Assembly: GCF_015523185.1 (NCBI RefSeq)
Contig: NZ_WAKV01000004.1
Span: 601-64,600, forward strand
Source of the DNA: Thermococcus sp.
Lineage (GTDB): Archaea; Methanobacteriota_B; Thermococci; Thermococcales; Thermococcaceae
Direction of reading: 5' to 3'
Length of the DNA stretch: 64,000 nt
The notes beneath the pieces are model-generated. The model was not told the DNA's origin, did not search any database, and saw only the letters and a list, made by a program, of their open reading frames with translations. Made by a program: the position numbers and the translations under genes. Shown here piece after piece: positions 54,498 to 64,000 of the stretch; the first letter of the stretch is position 1; each line of letters opens with the position of its first letter.

Positions 54498-55310
54498 ACT
54501 TCCCTTCCCCCGGAGGTTAGGAGCACTATGAGTCCCAATAGGCTACCCAGCACATAGGAGATAAACCTTTCGAGTATTACCACCGAGATGGCCAGTGCCG
54601 GCGCAGGCCTACATACGTCAGCGTCCCAACGAGGCCACTCTTAACAACGCCAAGGCCACAGGGAATAAAAACGGCTATTCCGGGTATAAGGTTCACAACG
54701 GAGATAAAGACGAGAACGAGAATCGAGACCTTCTCCAAAGGCCATTGTGATTAGTTTGAGCCTCAGGACGTCAGAACACAGACGAGGGAGCTGGCTCCAA
54801 TTCCAATGATGTTTATGTCGTTGCACTTCCTTAGGGAAACTATCTTATCCCCATCCTCTGGGGATAGCTCAATGCGAAACGCGCGCAGGGTCAGCTCAAT
54901 AAACTCCAGATTAAGACCCTACCGCCCATTAGGGGTATTAGAAAAAGAGCTTGGGCGGAAGTAACGTATAGAAAACCGAGTGCAACCATGATTATCACGG
55001 GAATTGACTCGAGGATTCCCTCATAAATACATCGACTAAGGATATCCCAATGGGAACGCCGCGAAGTTTGGAGACCCATCAGGATTCTGGGGAACCTCAC
55101 CACGGGTCATCGGCGTTATGTTGTTCATGAAGAGGCCAGCGGGGTTCGCTTTGAAGAGCTCACCTATAGGGACCTCAACGCCCATACCCCGAAGCACGTA
55201 TCCCCAGCGGACTGCGAAGAGGAGAACGCTAAAGTAGTATGGGGCCACGGCAAGTAGGAAGTAGTGTGGGTCGCGTATCTGACCTGCTGAACTCTGGTTA
55301 TCAGTTCCAT
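54473..55310 (-). pseudogene. Decayed UPF0104 / lysylphosphatidylglycerol-synthase-TM (flippase-like) gene
   Basis: Fragments in different frames: DPHYFLLAVAPYYFSVLLFAVRW...FMNNITPM; WVSKLRGVPIGIS; YEGILESIPV; PALAISVVILERFISYVLG...VWRALKSR* (stop at 54473). Multiple frameshifts and stops. Confidence 0.85.
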
Positions 55311-55335
55311 TTTGATACTACTGAGCGTACGGAAT

Positions 55336-56298
55336 TCATTTAATGTCGGGTGTTATAGGCTTTGGATTTCCCAGATGCTCCCAGCCGAGGGGTGGAATCT
55401 TCCTTTTCTTACCATCCACGATGGCGTAAACGCCATTCCCCTCAACAACCCTTCCGATTACGGAGAACTCGATACCAAGCTCCTTAGCTAATTCTGGCTT
55501 TATAGTAAAGACAAGCTCGAATTCCTCACCGCTCGCAAGAACCAGCTCTATGGGGTCAAGGCCCAAAAGCCCTGCAACTTTCTTTACGCCTTCTCCGACG
55601 GGCAGTTTATCAGGGTAAACCTCAACCCCGACTCCACTCATCTTGGCCAACAGGTGGAGCTCCTTGGCCAGACCATCGCTTACGTCTATTGCGGAGCTAG
55701 CCACCTTTGAAAGAGCCAGTCCCTCCAGAACTCTCGCTTTGGGTTCAAGGAACTTCTCATAGAGTCTTCTCTTAACTCGTCCGGATACATCGAGTTTGTT
55801 TTTCCAGACCAGATAGCCGGCTAGGGCCCTCCCTAAATCCCCGGTAACGCAGACCAGCTCGCCAGGTTTTGCCCCTGAGCGGGTGAGGAGTCTCTCAGTT
55901 ATTCCAAGGGCGATGCCGTCTATTATCAAATCGTCGGCCTCGTTCGTGTCGGCGCTTAAAACGGGGACCTCGTAGAATTCTAGGGCATTCTCAATCCCCC
56001 TCGCTATCCCTTTGAGGTAGTCGACGCCTAAATCAGGGGGGATACCAAGCGAGAAGAGAAAACCAATGGGCCTGGCCCCCATAGCGGAGACATCGCTCAC
56101 GTTCATCGTTACCACCTTAAAGCCGGCCTGCTCGGGAGTCATTATATCCGGAACGTCGGTCTTTCTGACGAGCATGTCGTTTGTAGCAACAAGCCATGCC
56201 TTTCCGAATCTTATCGCCCCTGCATCGTCCCCGAGAGGCAAATCACCCTGCCTTTTGAGATGCCTGAGAAAGAGCTCGATGATTTCGGATTCTCTCAA
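55336..56298 (-). CDS. thiL: Thiamine-monophosphate kinase
   Basis: LGDDAG, NVSDVSAMGA, ADTN, VTGDLG, IDVSDGL and SGEEFEL motifs. Confidence 0.95.
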   Translation of the reverse strand: MRESEIIELFLRHLKRQGDLPLGDDAGAIRFGKAWLVATNDMLVRKTDVPDIMTPEQAGFKVVTMNVSDVSAMGARPIGFLFSLGIPPDLGVDYLKGIARGIENALEFYEVPVLSADTNEADDLIIDGIALGITERLLTRSGAKPGELVCVTGDLGRALAGYLVWKNKLDVSGRVKRRLYEKFLEPKARVLEGLALSKVASSAIDVSDGLAKELHLLAKMSGVGVEVYPDKLPVGEGVKKVAGLLGLDPIELVLASGEEFELVFTIKPELAKELGIEFSVIGRVVEGNGVYAIVDGKKRKIPPLGWEHLGNPKPITPDIK

Positions 56299-57554
56299 TG
56301 TTTCACCCCCAGGAACTCCGTTATGCTCCTCTGCTTTGGTTTTTCCCCGGGAAGCTCGACATCAACGCTGTCCAGTTCCTCTATTTTTGCCCTCCTAATC
56401 TCCTCCGGAAGTCTTATCTCCCCGTACTTTCCTCCCCCGCCGGGGATTACGATTAGTTTTTCGTTCCTGTAGGCCCAGATGGCTTTCGCAACGTCCTCAT
56501 GAACCCTGGCGAGCTCTTTAACTGGCACATCAACTAGAACCCTAATCTCGCTTCCAAAATCCCTCAAAAAGCGCTCCCAGATTACCCTCACTGCCTTTGT
56601 TTCGACCCCCTTGCCTATTACCATCGCTATTATCTCCGCCAAAGGAGCCATCTTTAGATAGGGAGGCCTGTCCTCAGGCCTTTCGTTGGTATCGGCCAGC
56701 TCCAGAATTCTGTCCCTCACCCCCTTCTTTATCCTCCCACCACACTTGGGACATTTCCATTTGAAAGCTTTGGCCTCCCCAAGAGAATAGTGGGTGTAAC
56801 AGCGCGAACATGCAGTGAGATGGTACTTGCCAAGCCTAGGGTCGAGACCGGCGTTGAGAACGATTCTCCTGCCACCCCGTTTGAGGATGGCTTTTCTAAT
56901 CTCCTCAAAGGTTGCCTCCTTAACATCGAAGCGGTTGAACTCCCTGCCTAGGCGGTGGGGCATCGGTGAGTGAGCGTCGCTGTTGCTTAGATAGGTCAGC
57001 CCGTGGTGGGCCTTTATCATGTCGGCCATCTCGCTATCAGCGGAAAGGCCAAGCTCAAGGAAGTGAATTCTCGTCCCGTCGTAGGCTTCTTTGAGACTGT
57101 CGTACTCCTTGTAGAGGCTTGTCCAAGGAGTGAATGCATGGGCCGGACCTATGAGAACGTCGAGCTCGTTTGAAAGGTCGGCTATTTCAGAGGCCGAGAG
57201 GCTCAGGTGGGGCCTCCCTTCTGTATCAATGTCGCTCGAATAGGGCCTTAGCCTCTCGCGCATCTCCCTCACGGTCTCGATGCTCGGGAAAATCAGGACG
57301 TGGTGGACCCTTCTGTTGTCCTCGACTTCCGTCGTCAAAAGAAACCTTATCCCGTTCCTCTCGTAGGTGCCTTCATCAACTTTTCTGGCATATCTGAGGA
57401 GTTCCCTCTCCCACATCGGGTTCAGTATGTCGCCCGTTCCAACGATGGATAGACCCTTAAAGCGCGCGTTTTCGGCGAGGTTGGGAACCGTCATTGCCTT
57501 TGAGACGGCCTTTGAATAGCGCGAATGAATGTGAAGGTCGGCATCAACGAGCAT
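56295..57554 (-). CDS. endoQ: Endonuclease Q (PHP domain plus zinc finger; TIGR00375 family)
   Basis: DLHIHSRYS, GTGD, RVHH, PAHAFTPW, SNSDAHS, GKYHLTACSRC and CPKC. Confidence 0.9.
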   Translation of the reverse strand: MLVDADLHIHSRYSKAVSKAMTVPNLAENARFKGLSIVGTGDILNPMWERELLRYARKVDEGTYERNGIRFLLTTEVEDNRRVHHVLIFPSIETVREMRERLRPYSSDIDTEGRPHLSLSASEIADLSNELDVLIGPAHAFTPWTSLYKEYDSLKEAYDGTRIHFLELGLSADSEMADMIKAHHGLTYLSNSDAHSPMPHRLGREFNRFDVKEATFEEIRKAILKRGGRRIVLNAGLDPRLGKYHLTACSRCYTHYSLGEAKAFKWKCPKCGGRIKKGVRDRILELADTNERPEDRPPYLKMAPLAEIIAMVIGKGVETKAVRVIWERFLRDFGSEIRVLVDVPVKELARVHEDVAKAIWAYRNEKLIVIPGGGGKYGEIRLPEEIRRAKIEELDSVDVELPGEKPKQRSITEFLGVKH

Positions 57555-57643
57555 TCCACCACCGTGGAAAGTCCTGTGGACAATCTAAAAAGCTTCTCCC
57601 AAACCCTTATAACCCAGATTTTAGAGTTGAAAACGGTGATATC

Positions 57644-58114
57644 ATGAAAGTCGAGGGATTTGTGGCATCACTCAGAAACGCCGAGACAATCGGCGAGCTG
57701 TTTAAGATACTTCAGGAGAAGGGAGCGCCTGTAGTGGAGCTCGACGGCCAGAGGTTCCTAATAGTTGTTGAGGGCGACTTCGAGGGGAGACCCTTCTGGA
57801 CCGAGATAAACGGAGAGAAGGCCAACCAAGCTCTGGGTGATGCCATGCTCAATTCATCAAGCTTTCCCTTCAAGTGCAAGAGACCTTACACCGGTGGAAA
57901 CGTCATTTTCGTTAACTTTGACGACATCGAGGTCGAGAAGTTTCTGGTTGCCTACCGCGACCCTGACTACGGCATATTCTACCTCGTCGAGAACGGCGAG
58001 GCTAAGGAGATAACCGGTGAAGAATACGAGAAGCTCAAGGGAAAGATGTCAGAGTTCAAGATAAAGAGCATGAGTGAGGAGCAAATGGACATGATGGGAG
58101 CCTTCTTCGGTTGA
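57644..58114 (+). CDS. Conserved hypothetical acidic protein
   Basis: ATG at 57644 after a GGTGA RBS; typical codon bias; ends 4 nt before the ClC gene. Confidence 0.75.
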   Translation: MKVEGFVASLRNAETIGELFKILQEKGAPVVELDGQRFLIVVEGDFEGRPFWTEINGEKANQALGDAMLNSSSFPFKCKRPYTGGNVIFVNFDDIEVEKFLVAYRDPDYGIFYLVENGEAKEITGEEYEKLKGKMSEFKIKSMSEEQMDMMGAFFG

Positions 58115-58118
58115 GACC

Positions 58119-59834
58119 ATGAACAGGGAATGGGATCTCAGAAGATATGTCGAAAAGTGGTCGATACTCCTTGGAATTTCTGCTATAGCAGGATTAGTTG
58201 GTGGTCTGGGTGCCCTAATCTTCAGGCTGATGATAGACGCCTTCCACAACCTCTTTTTTAGAAGAGTCCTTTCGGAGGTCTCATTTACCGTTGGGGGAAT
58301 AAACTTCGGCTACATACTCCTCCCAGTTCTCGGAGCGTTTCTGATTGCCCCTATGGTCAAGAAGTACCCGGAACTGAGGGGCAACGGTGTTCCGGAGGTC
58401 ATAGAGGGTATAATATTCAAGAGCGGGAAGATAGGGGCAAAGCTGGCCTTTCTAAAAACCCTCGCAACGGCGATTTCCATAGGCTCAGGTGCACCGCTGG
58501 GCCGTGAAGGTCCCTCCGCCTTTATAGGGGCGGCGCTTGATTCTGCACTAGCCGAGAGGCTACCCAAATCCCAAGCCAGAAAACTGATAACCACCTGCGG
58601 TCTTGCCGCGGGAATAGCGGGAACCTTCAACACACCCCTCGCAGGGGCGTTTTTTGCCCTCGAAGTAATCTACATGGGCGCAATAACGATAAACCTCGTC
58701 CCGATATTTGTCTCTGCCATAATTGGAAACGCTATAACGCTCGTGGTTCTCCACAACCCTGTACGCTTCCCGGTTCTTAACCCCTCAATAAGTGTTCTAG
58801 TTGGAATTCCCTTCTATTTCTTCCTCGGTATTATCCTTGGTCTAATAGGTTATGGGTACACAAGGGCACTCTACAGGGCGACGGATTTTTTTGATGAGCT
58901 TTCCCGGAGGTATTCTTTTGAGCTACGTCTCTTTATCGGTGCCATTGGGATAGGATTGATAGGAATGCTGTTTCCCCACGATGGCATTTTTGGGGTGGGG
59001 TTCGGGGGTATAAAAGACGCTCTTCTCGGTAAGTTCACACTTGAAACTCTCCTGATACTGGCCGTCGCTAAAATGGTCGCGACCCTTCTTGCGATAAGTT
59101 CTGGGTTTTCGGGAGGAATATTCGCCCCAAGTCTGTTCATCGGAACGATGCTGGGCTCTGCATTCGGTGTCGTTGTTTCCCATTTTATCCCCTCAAACGT
59201 TGAGGCCTATGCCCTGGCGGGAATGGCGGGATTTTTCTCCGCGTCAACACAGGCCCCGCTGACGCAGATAATAATGATAACAGAGATGTCAGGCACCTAC
59301 GCCTACTCACCGGGTGTTGCATTGACTTCAGTTGTAGCGTTTTTAACCGCTAGAGCATTCTTCAAAGGTTCATCTATCTATACAATTAAACTCGAGAAGA
59401 AAGGAATCCGAATAAAAACCGGAAGGCCGTTGATTCTCGAAACGATAGCGGTTCACGAGATAATGAGCACGGACGTTGTTAAAATCAATGAAAAGAGACC
59501 GCTCATTGAAGTTGAGAGTATAATAGCTCACACTGGTCACGATTTTCTTCCAGTTGTTGATGATGAGGGTAGGGTCGTTGGTATAGTGGGCGTCCCCGAT
59601 ATTCTGGGAAAATCAACATCAATCAAGAAACTTCCCGTTGAAAGGTTTATGAGACGTAGCTTTGCCGTGGTAACGCCGATGGAAACAGCCCAAGATGCCC
59701 TTGAAAAAATCCTGATGAACGATCAGAACCTCCTTCCCGTTGTTAATGAAACCGGCAAACTCATTGGTGTCGTGACCAAGAAGGACATCTACCGTGCCTA
59801 TTACTATGCAATCGAGGGCATTTACCTGTGGTAA
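58119..59834 (+). CDS. ClC family chloride channel/transporter with C-terminal CBS pair
   Basis: GNGVPE, GREGP, AAGIAGTFNTP, FALE, GGIFAP and SIY motifs, and a CBS pair. Confidence 0.93.
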   Translation: MNREWDLRRYVEKWSILLGISAIAGLVGGLGALIFRLMIDAFHNLFFRRVLSEVSFTVGGINFGYILLPVLGAFLIAPMVKKYPELRGNGVPEVIEGIIFKSGKIGAKLAFLKTLATAISIGSGAPLGREGPSAFIGAALDSALAERLPKSQARKLITTCGLAAGIAGTFNTPLAGAFFALEVIYMGAITINLVPIFVSAIIGNAITLVVLHNPVRFPVLNPSISVLVGIPFYFFLGIILGLIGYGYTRALYRATDFFDELSRRYSFELRLFIGAIGIGLIGMLFPHDGIFGVGFGGIKDALLGKFTLETLLILAVAKMVATLLAISSGFSGGIFAPSLFIGTMLGSAFGVVVSHFIPSNVEAYALAGMAGFFSASTQAPLTQIIMITEMSGTYAYSPGVALTSVVAFLTARAFFKGSSIYTIKLEKKGIRIKTGRPLILETIAVHEIMSTDVVKINEKRPLIEVESIIAHTGHDFLPVVDDEGRVVGIVGVPDILGKSTSIKKLPVERFMRRSFAVVTPMETAQDALEKILMNDQNLLPVVNETGKLIGVVTKKDIYRAYYYAIEGIYLW

Positions 59835-59982
59835 GTGGTTCAACTTTCTATACATAAAAACCAATTTCAAAGCTTTTCTCTCGAAACTTTATCGTTAGAG
59901 AGTCCTAATCCTTAAAAATACCTGGAGAAAGCTTTAAATTCTCTTTGTTGACACGGAAAACGACCAACAGGAGGCGATAAAC

Positions 59983-61308
59983 ATGGCAGTGGACGTTATG
60001 GCAAAGGTCCTTGTGGCGGTGCTGGGCTCGGGAATAATTGCAATGATTATAAGTAGAAGGTACAACATCTCCTACGTTCCGCTCTTCATAATAGCGGGGA
60101 TGATACTTGGGCCGATAGCCACACTAATGCCAAGGGATATTGCACACGAGCTTTTTGATTACGTCCGTGTCTTCGGTCTGGTTATGATATTGTTTACGGA
60201 GGGACACAACCTGAGCTGGAAACTGCTCAAGAGGAATCTGCCAACCATAGCAACCCTCGATACCGTTGGACTGCTCATCACGGCTCTTCTTGCGGCATGG
60301 TTCTTCTCATGGATTTTCCACGCACCGTTACTCATAGGCTTTCTCTTCGGTGCGATAATCAGTGCAACTGACCCAGCGACTCTGATTCCCCTCTTCCGCC
60401 AGTACCGGGTCAAGCAGGACATTGAAACGACAATTGTGACGGAGTCAATATTCAACGACCCTCTTGGCATAGTCTTGACGGCGGTTGCAGTTGCTATGCT
60501 GGTTCCTCAGGCCAGCGGTGGACTTTTCGCCAGCATGAGCTCCCACATGGGCGTATACGGTGCCGCAGTGGCATATTTCCTCTATGAGGTTGTTGTCTCA
60601 ATAGTGGTTGGCATAGCCGTCGGAACCTTCGGTTACTGGTTCATCAAAAAGACCAGGATATTCGAGTTCCCGGAGATTGAAATTTTTTCACTCTTCCTGG
60701 CCTTTAGCGGTTTTATGATTGGAGAAGCCCTCCAAGCTTCGGGCTACCTTGTCGCCACCGTTACCGGGATAATCCTCGGTAATTACAAGGTGTTCGGCAA
60801 GAGGGAAAAACCGCAGATTCTTAACAAGGTCATGAAAGCTATAGAGAAGGAAGTCCACTTCAACGAGAGTCTTGCTGCAATATCAACGATATTTATTTTC
60901 GTCCTCCTTGGGGCGAGCCTTGACCTTAAACCGCTCACCGATAATCTCTGGAGGGGAATACTCGTTGCATACTTCATAATGCTCGTGGCAAGACCCATAG
61001 CTGCCCTTCTAATTCTCAAGTGGTGGAATCTCAAGGAGTATCTCTTTATAGCCCTCGAAGGGCCAAGGGGAGTTGTTCCGTCAGCGCTCGCAGCGTTGCC
61101 CCTTAGCCTTGCAATGAAATATCACAGCAACACATTAACCGTCTACTGGGGCGAGGTAATCCTTGCGGTAACGGTAATCACTGTGCTGGCTTCCGTCATA
61201 ACAGAGACCCTGTGGGTGCCGTTCCTCAAGAGCAAACTCCTTGAGCATGAAACCGTCGAAGACAGGATGAGAAAATACCATGAGAAGAAGAGAGCAAGGG
61301 TCTCATAA
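59983..61308 (+). CDS. CPA1 family Na+/H+ antiporter (NhaP type)
   Basis: SATDPA, ESIFNDP, ARP and GPRGVV motifs. Confidence 0.92.
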   Translation: MAVDVMAKVLVAVLGSGIIAMIISRRYNISYVPLFIIAGMILGPIATLMPRDIAHELFDYVRVFGLVMILFTEGHNLSWKLLKRNLPTIATLDTVGLLITALLAAWFFSWIFHAPLLIGFLFGAIISATDPATLIPLFRQYRVKQDIETTIVTESIFNDPLGIVLTAVAVAMLVPQASGGLFASMSSHMGVYGAAVAYFLYEVVVSIVVGIAVGTFGYWFIKKTRIFEFPEIEIFSLFLAFSGFMIGEALQASGYLVATVTGIILGNYKVFGKREKPQILNKVMKAIEKEVHFNESLAAISTIFIFVLLGASLDLKPLTDNLWRGILVAYFIMLVARPIAALLILKWWNLKEYLFIALEGPRGVVPSALAALPLSLAMKYHSNTLTVYWGEVILAVTVITVLASVITETLWVPFLKSKLLEHETVEDRMRKYHEKKRARVS

Positions 61309-62172
61309 TCCTCCCATTTTTTCTATTGCCCCAATGAAATAGAAGAGGAGCTTTGCTCCAGTTAAAGCTGTTGGGTTACCCAGCGTTTCTCCGGCGACTT
61401 CCATTATGTCGAAGCCCGCTATCCTCTTGTTATCGACGAGCCACTCTATGGCCTCAACAACGTCCCAGAACCTTAATCCGCCTGCCTCAGGAGTTCCCGT
61501 CGTCGGGACGAGAGGTAAATCAAAAACGTCTATGTCAACGGAGAGATAGACGGGCTCAGGCAGTGGTTTAACGAGCTCAACGAAAGCATCAAAACTGTAG
61601 TCCCTCGCATGAACCCATGGGATTCCGCTTCTCTCGGCGAACTCGACTTCCTCCCTCGTTCCGCTCCTGATGCCGAACATCGCTTCACGAACCCCAAGCT
61701 CAGCTATTCTTCTTGCAACGCAGGCGTGATTGTATGGATTATCCTCGTAGGAATCGCGGAGGTCGAGGTGTGCATCAAAGACTACGTAGCTCTTGGGCCT
61801 CAAGGCTTTAACCGCTCCAAGCGTCTGGGAGTGCTCCCCGCCAAGGAGGATTGGTAGGGCTTTTGAATTCGCCTTTTTTAGCTCTTCAATGGTTACTCTG
61901 ACCCTATCCGCGGTTTTTCTGGGGTCTCCAGCAACGATGGCAACGTCGCCTATGTCCGCTATTGAAAGCTCCGCCAAGTCAATGTTGTAATCGAGGATGT
62001 AGCTTTCGAGGTTGAGAGTCGCCTGCCTGATGAGAGCCGGCCCAAAGCGCGCTCCCGCTTTGTAGCTAGTCGTCCCGTCGAAGGGAACGCCAAAAATGAC
62101 GTACTTTGCGTTCTCTGGGTTGGTTAGAGGAAGCTCAAGCCTAAACGTTTCGTAGGTGTACAGGAACTCCAT
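61303..62172 (-). CDS. speB: Agmatinase / aminopropylagmatine ureohydrolase
   Basis: GARFGP, GGEHS, DAHLD, DIDVFD, GTPEAGG and DIME motifs. Confidence 0.95.
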   Translation of the reverse strand: MEFLYTYETFRLELPLTNPENAKYVIFGVPFDGTTSYKAGARFGPALIRQATLNLESYILDYNIDLAELSIADIGDVAIVAGDPRKTADRVRVTIEELKKANSKALPILLGGEHSQTLGAVKALRPKSYVVFDAHLDLRDSYEDNPYNHACVARRIAELGVREAMFGIRSGTREEVEFAERSGIPWVHARDYSFDAFVELVKPLPEPVYLSVDIDVFDLPLVPTTGTPEAGGLRFWDVVEAIEWLVDNKRIAGFDIMEVAGETLGNPTALTGAKLLFYFIGAIEKMGGL

Positions 62173-62211
62173 GCCACCACCGGAGCAAAAAAAGAGGGAG
62201 GGGTTTTAAAG

Positions 62212-62661
62212 CTACCTCACTATCATCACTGGTGGTTCAATGTGGCCAACGACCTCCTCAAGGAGGGAGCCTATCCTCGTCTTTCCGCTCTTACCGTAGG
62301 CACCCATGACGACGAGTGAATACTTCCCCGAATTGGCCTCCTTTAGTATTGTTTCCCTCGCGGGTCCCTCCGCTATCTTGAAGGAGCAGTTCACTCCCTC
62401 TTTTTGACCGAGTTCGAGCAGGGTTGTGAGCAGTTCCTTCACGTTCCTTTTGTTCTCCTCCCAGAGGGTCTCCTCAAAGCGCTTGATTTCCTCGAGAGAG
62501 CCGCTCCTGACGCTGGCATGGAAGGCGACCGCCCTTGCCTCGCGCCTGTCCAGAACTGAGAAAAGAACCACCTTGGCCCTCTTTACTTTGGCTATTGCAA
62601 AGGCGTGTAAGGCCGCCTTCTGGCTCCACTTCGAGCCGTCAACGAGCACGAGTATCCTCAT
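62212..62661 (-). CDS. Universal stress protein
   Basis: ILVLVDGSKWS and VVMGAYGKSG...GS; ATG at 62661. Confidence 0.92.
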   Translation of the reverse strand: MRILVLVDGSKWSQKAALHAFAIAKVKRAKVVLFSVLDRREARAVAFHASVRSGSLEEIKRFEETLWEENKRNVKELLTTLLELGQKEGVNCSFKIAEGPARETILKEANSGKYSLVVMGAYGKSGKTRIGSLLEEVVGHIEPPVMIVR

Positions 62662-62672
62662 ATGACCACACC

Positions 62673-63950
62673 TCACAGCCCGTACCTAACCCAGAGCATT
62701 AAACTACCAACGGCGACGGTCGAGAACATTATCACGGCGCCAACCCTTAGGAACTCGCCAAAGGTTATCCTAACGCTCTCTCTGTGGGCGATTCCTATAA
62801 CGACGACGTTGGCGCTCGCTCCTATCGCCGTTCCGTTTCCTCCGAGACAAGCACCGAGCGAAAGGGCCCACCAGAGCGGGTAAGGGTTAATGCTTGACCC
62901 CATTGCCTTTATCAGCGGAATCATTGTGGCTGTCAGGGGAATGTTATCGACGATTGCACTAGATATTGCCGAGAACCACGAGATTACGAATATTGCTTGG
63001 GCTTCACTGTGGATGAGACTTATAATCTTTTCTGCAAGTGCATCTATGAAACCAGTCTCCACTAGGGCACCGACAATGAGAAAGAGCCCGCCGAAGAAGA
63101 AGAGCGTTGCCCACTCGACCTTTTCAAGGGCTTCCTCCGGGGAAAAACCGCTCCAGAGAAGTATTGCCGAGGCCCCGAGAAGGGCTATGACAGCTGGTTC
63201 CACACCCAGGGTGTCATGGAGAAAGAAGCCAAGGACAATGGCCAGGATTATTATCACTGACTTCCTGAAAAGCTCCTTGTCCCTGATCGCGTCCCTCTCA
63301 TCCATCCCCATTATTAGCTTCTCAATCTCGGCCCTCTTCGAGGGACTGACTTTAATTGAATTCCTGTAAGCAACGTAGACGATGAGTATTGCAACAAGCA
63401 GGTCGGCCATGACTATCGGCCCCATGTTTAGGAGGAACTCGTTGAAACTTAGCTTCGCGGCCGAACCTATCATGATGTTCGGCGGGTCTCCTATCAACGT
63501 TGCGGTTCCACCTATGTTGGAGGCGAAGATTTCGGAGAGGAGAAAGGGGACGGGGTTGACGTCCATTTTTTTAGTTATGTAAAGAAGCATCGGGGTTAGC
63601 AAAAGAACGGTCGTAACGTTGTCGAGGAAGGCACTCACAAGGGCCGTAACCACCGAGAAGAGGAGGAGCACCTTCATGGGGTCGCCCTTCGACAGCTTCG
63701 CGGTCTTTATGGCGATGTACTCAAAGAGCCCGCTCTCCCTGGCGACGTTTACAACCACCATCATCCCGGCGAGGAGGAGAATAGTTCCGAGGTCGAGGTA
63801 CTCGGGAACCTTTTCCCAGGGCACTATGCCCACAAGCAGAACAACACTGGCACCAACCATGGCAGCGACCGTTCTGTGGATTTTCTCCGTTATTATGAAG
63901 GCATAAACTCCAAGGAAGACTGCAAGTGCTATGACCTCCTGCGCGTTCAT
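62673..63950 (-). CDS. ArsB/NhaD (SLC13/P-protein-like) ion transporter
   Basis: SAFLDNVTT, SNIGGTATLIGDPPN, VDNIP and GGNGTAIGASAN motifs. Confidence 0.92.
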   Translation of the reverse strand: MNAQEVIALAVFLGVYAFIITEKIHRTVAAMVGASVVLLVGIVPWEKVPEYLDLGTILLLAGMMVVVNVARESGLFEYIAIKTAKLSKGDPMKVLLLFSVVTALVSAFLDNVTTVLLLTPMLLYITKKMDVNPVPFLLSEIFASNIGGTATLIGDPPNIMIGSAAKLSFNEFLLNMGPIVMADLLVAILIVYVAYRNSIKVSPSKRAEIEKLIMGMDERDAIRDKELFRKSVIIILAIVLGFFLHDTLGVEPAVIALLGASAILLWSGFSPEEALEKVEWATLFFFGGLFLIVGALVETGFIDALAEKIISLIHSEAQAIFVISWFSAISSAIVDNIPLTATMIPLIKAMGSSINPYPLWWALSLGACLGGNGTAIGASANVVVIGIAHRESVRITFGEFLRVGAVIMFSTVAVGSLMLWVRYGL

Positions 63951-63959
63951 GATACCACC

Positions 63960-64000
63960 TCAGTAAACGATTACGGGTTTTTCAATGCCCTGAACAATCC
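63960..64000 (-). CDS. 3' end of a gene entering from the right edge, probably another universal stress protein
   Basis: The minus strand reads IVQGIEKPVIVY* followed by the GAGGTGG RBS of the transporter; the tail resembles VVGHIEPPVMIVR of the Usp at 62212. Confidence 0.55.
   Translation of the reverse strand, partial: IVQGIEKPVIVY

Overview
Gene-dense archaeal window that reads as core Thermococcus chromosome: GGAGG/GGTGA ribosome-binding sites, BRE-TATA promoters, TIP26, EndoQ, AGOG, a CGP-CTERM protein and a Thermococcales-type S-layer gene. It holds about 65 CDS. These include translation and RNA metabolism (map, thrS, pheST, gatDE, truA, pus10, rsmA, rpl21e, rpo4, rpo11, csl4), DNA repair (hjc, AGOG, EndoQ, XPB-like helicase), isoprenoid and pterin synthesis (hmgA, uppS, UbiD, folP, RFAP synthase) and an ion-homeostasis cluster at the right end. 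There is one tRNA-Ser(CGA). I found no CRISPR array, IS element, integrase or intein. Items not shown by the ORF track: (1) a complete box C/D guide sRNA at about 36334-36391, antisense to a gene tail and with its own TATA box; (2) a PIG-A-like glycosyltransferase, a deacetylase and a decayed flippase next to the S-layer locus, which may be a GPI-like glycolipid module (inference); (3) three pseudogenes, one of them a single frame broken only by five TAG codons; (4) an RBS-occluding stem in the S-layer 5' UTR; (5) a 30-aa ORF with a strong RBS; (6) several palindromes in promoter regions. All family assignments come from motifs and recalled homologues; no database search was run.
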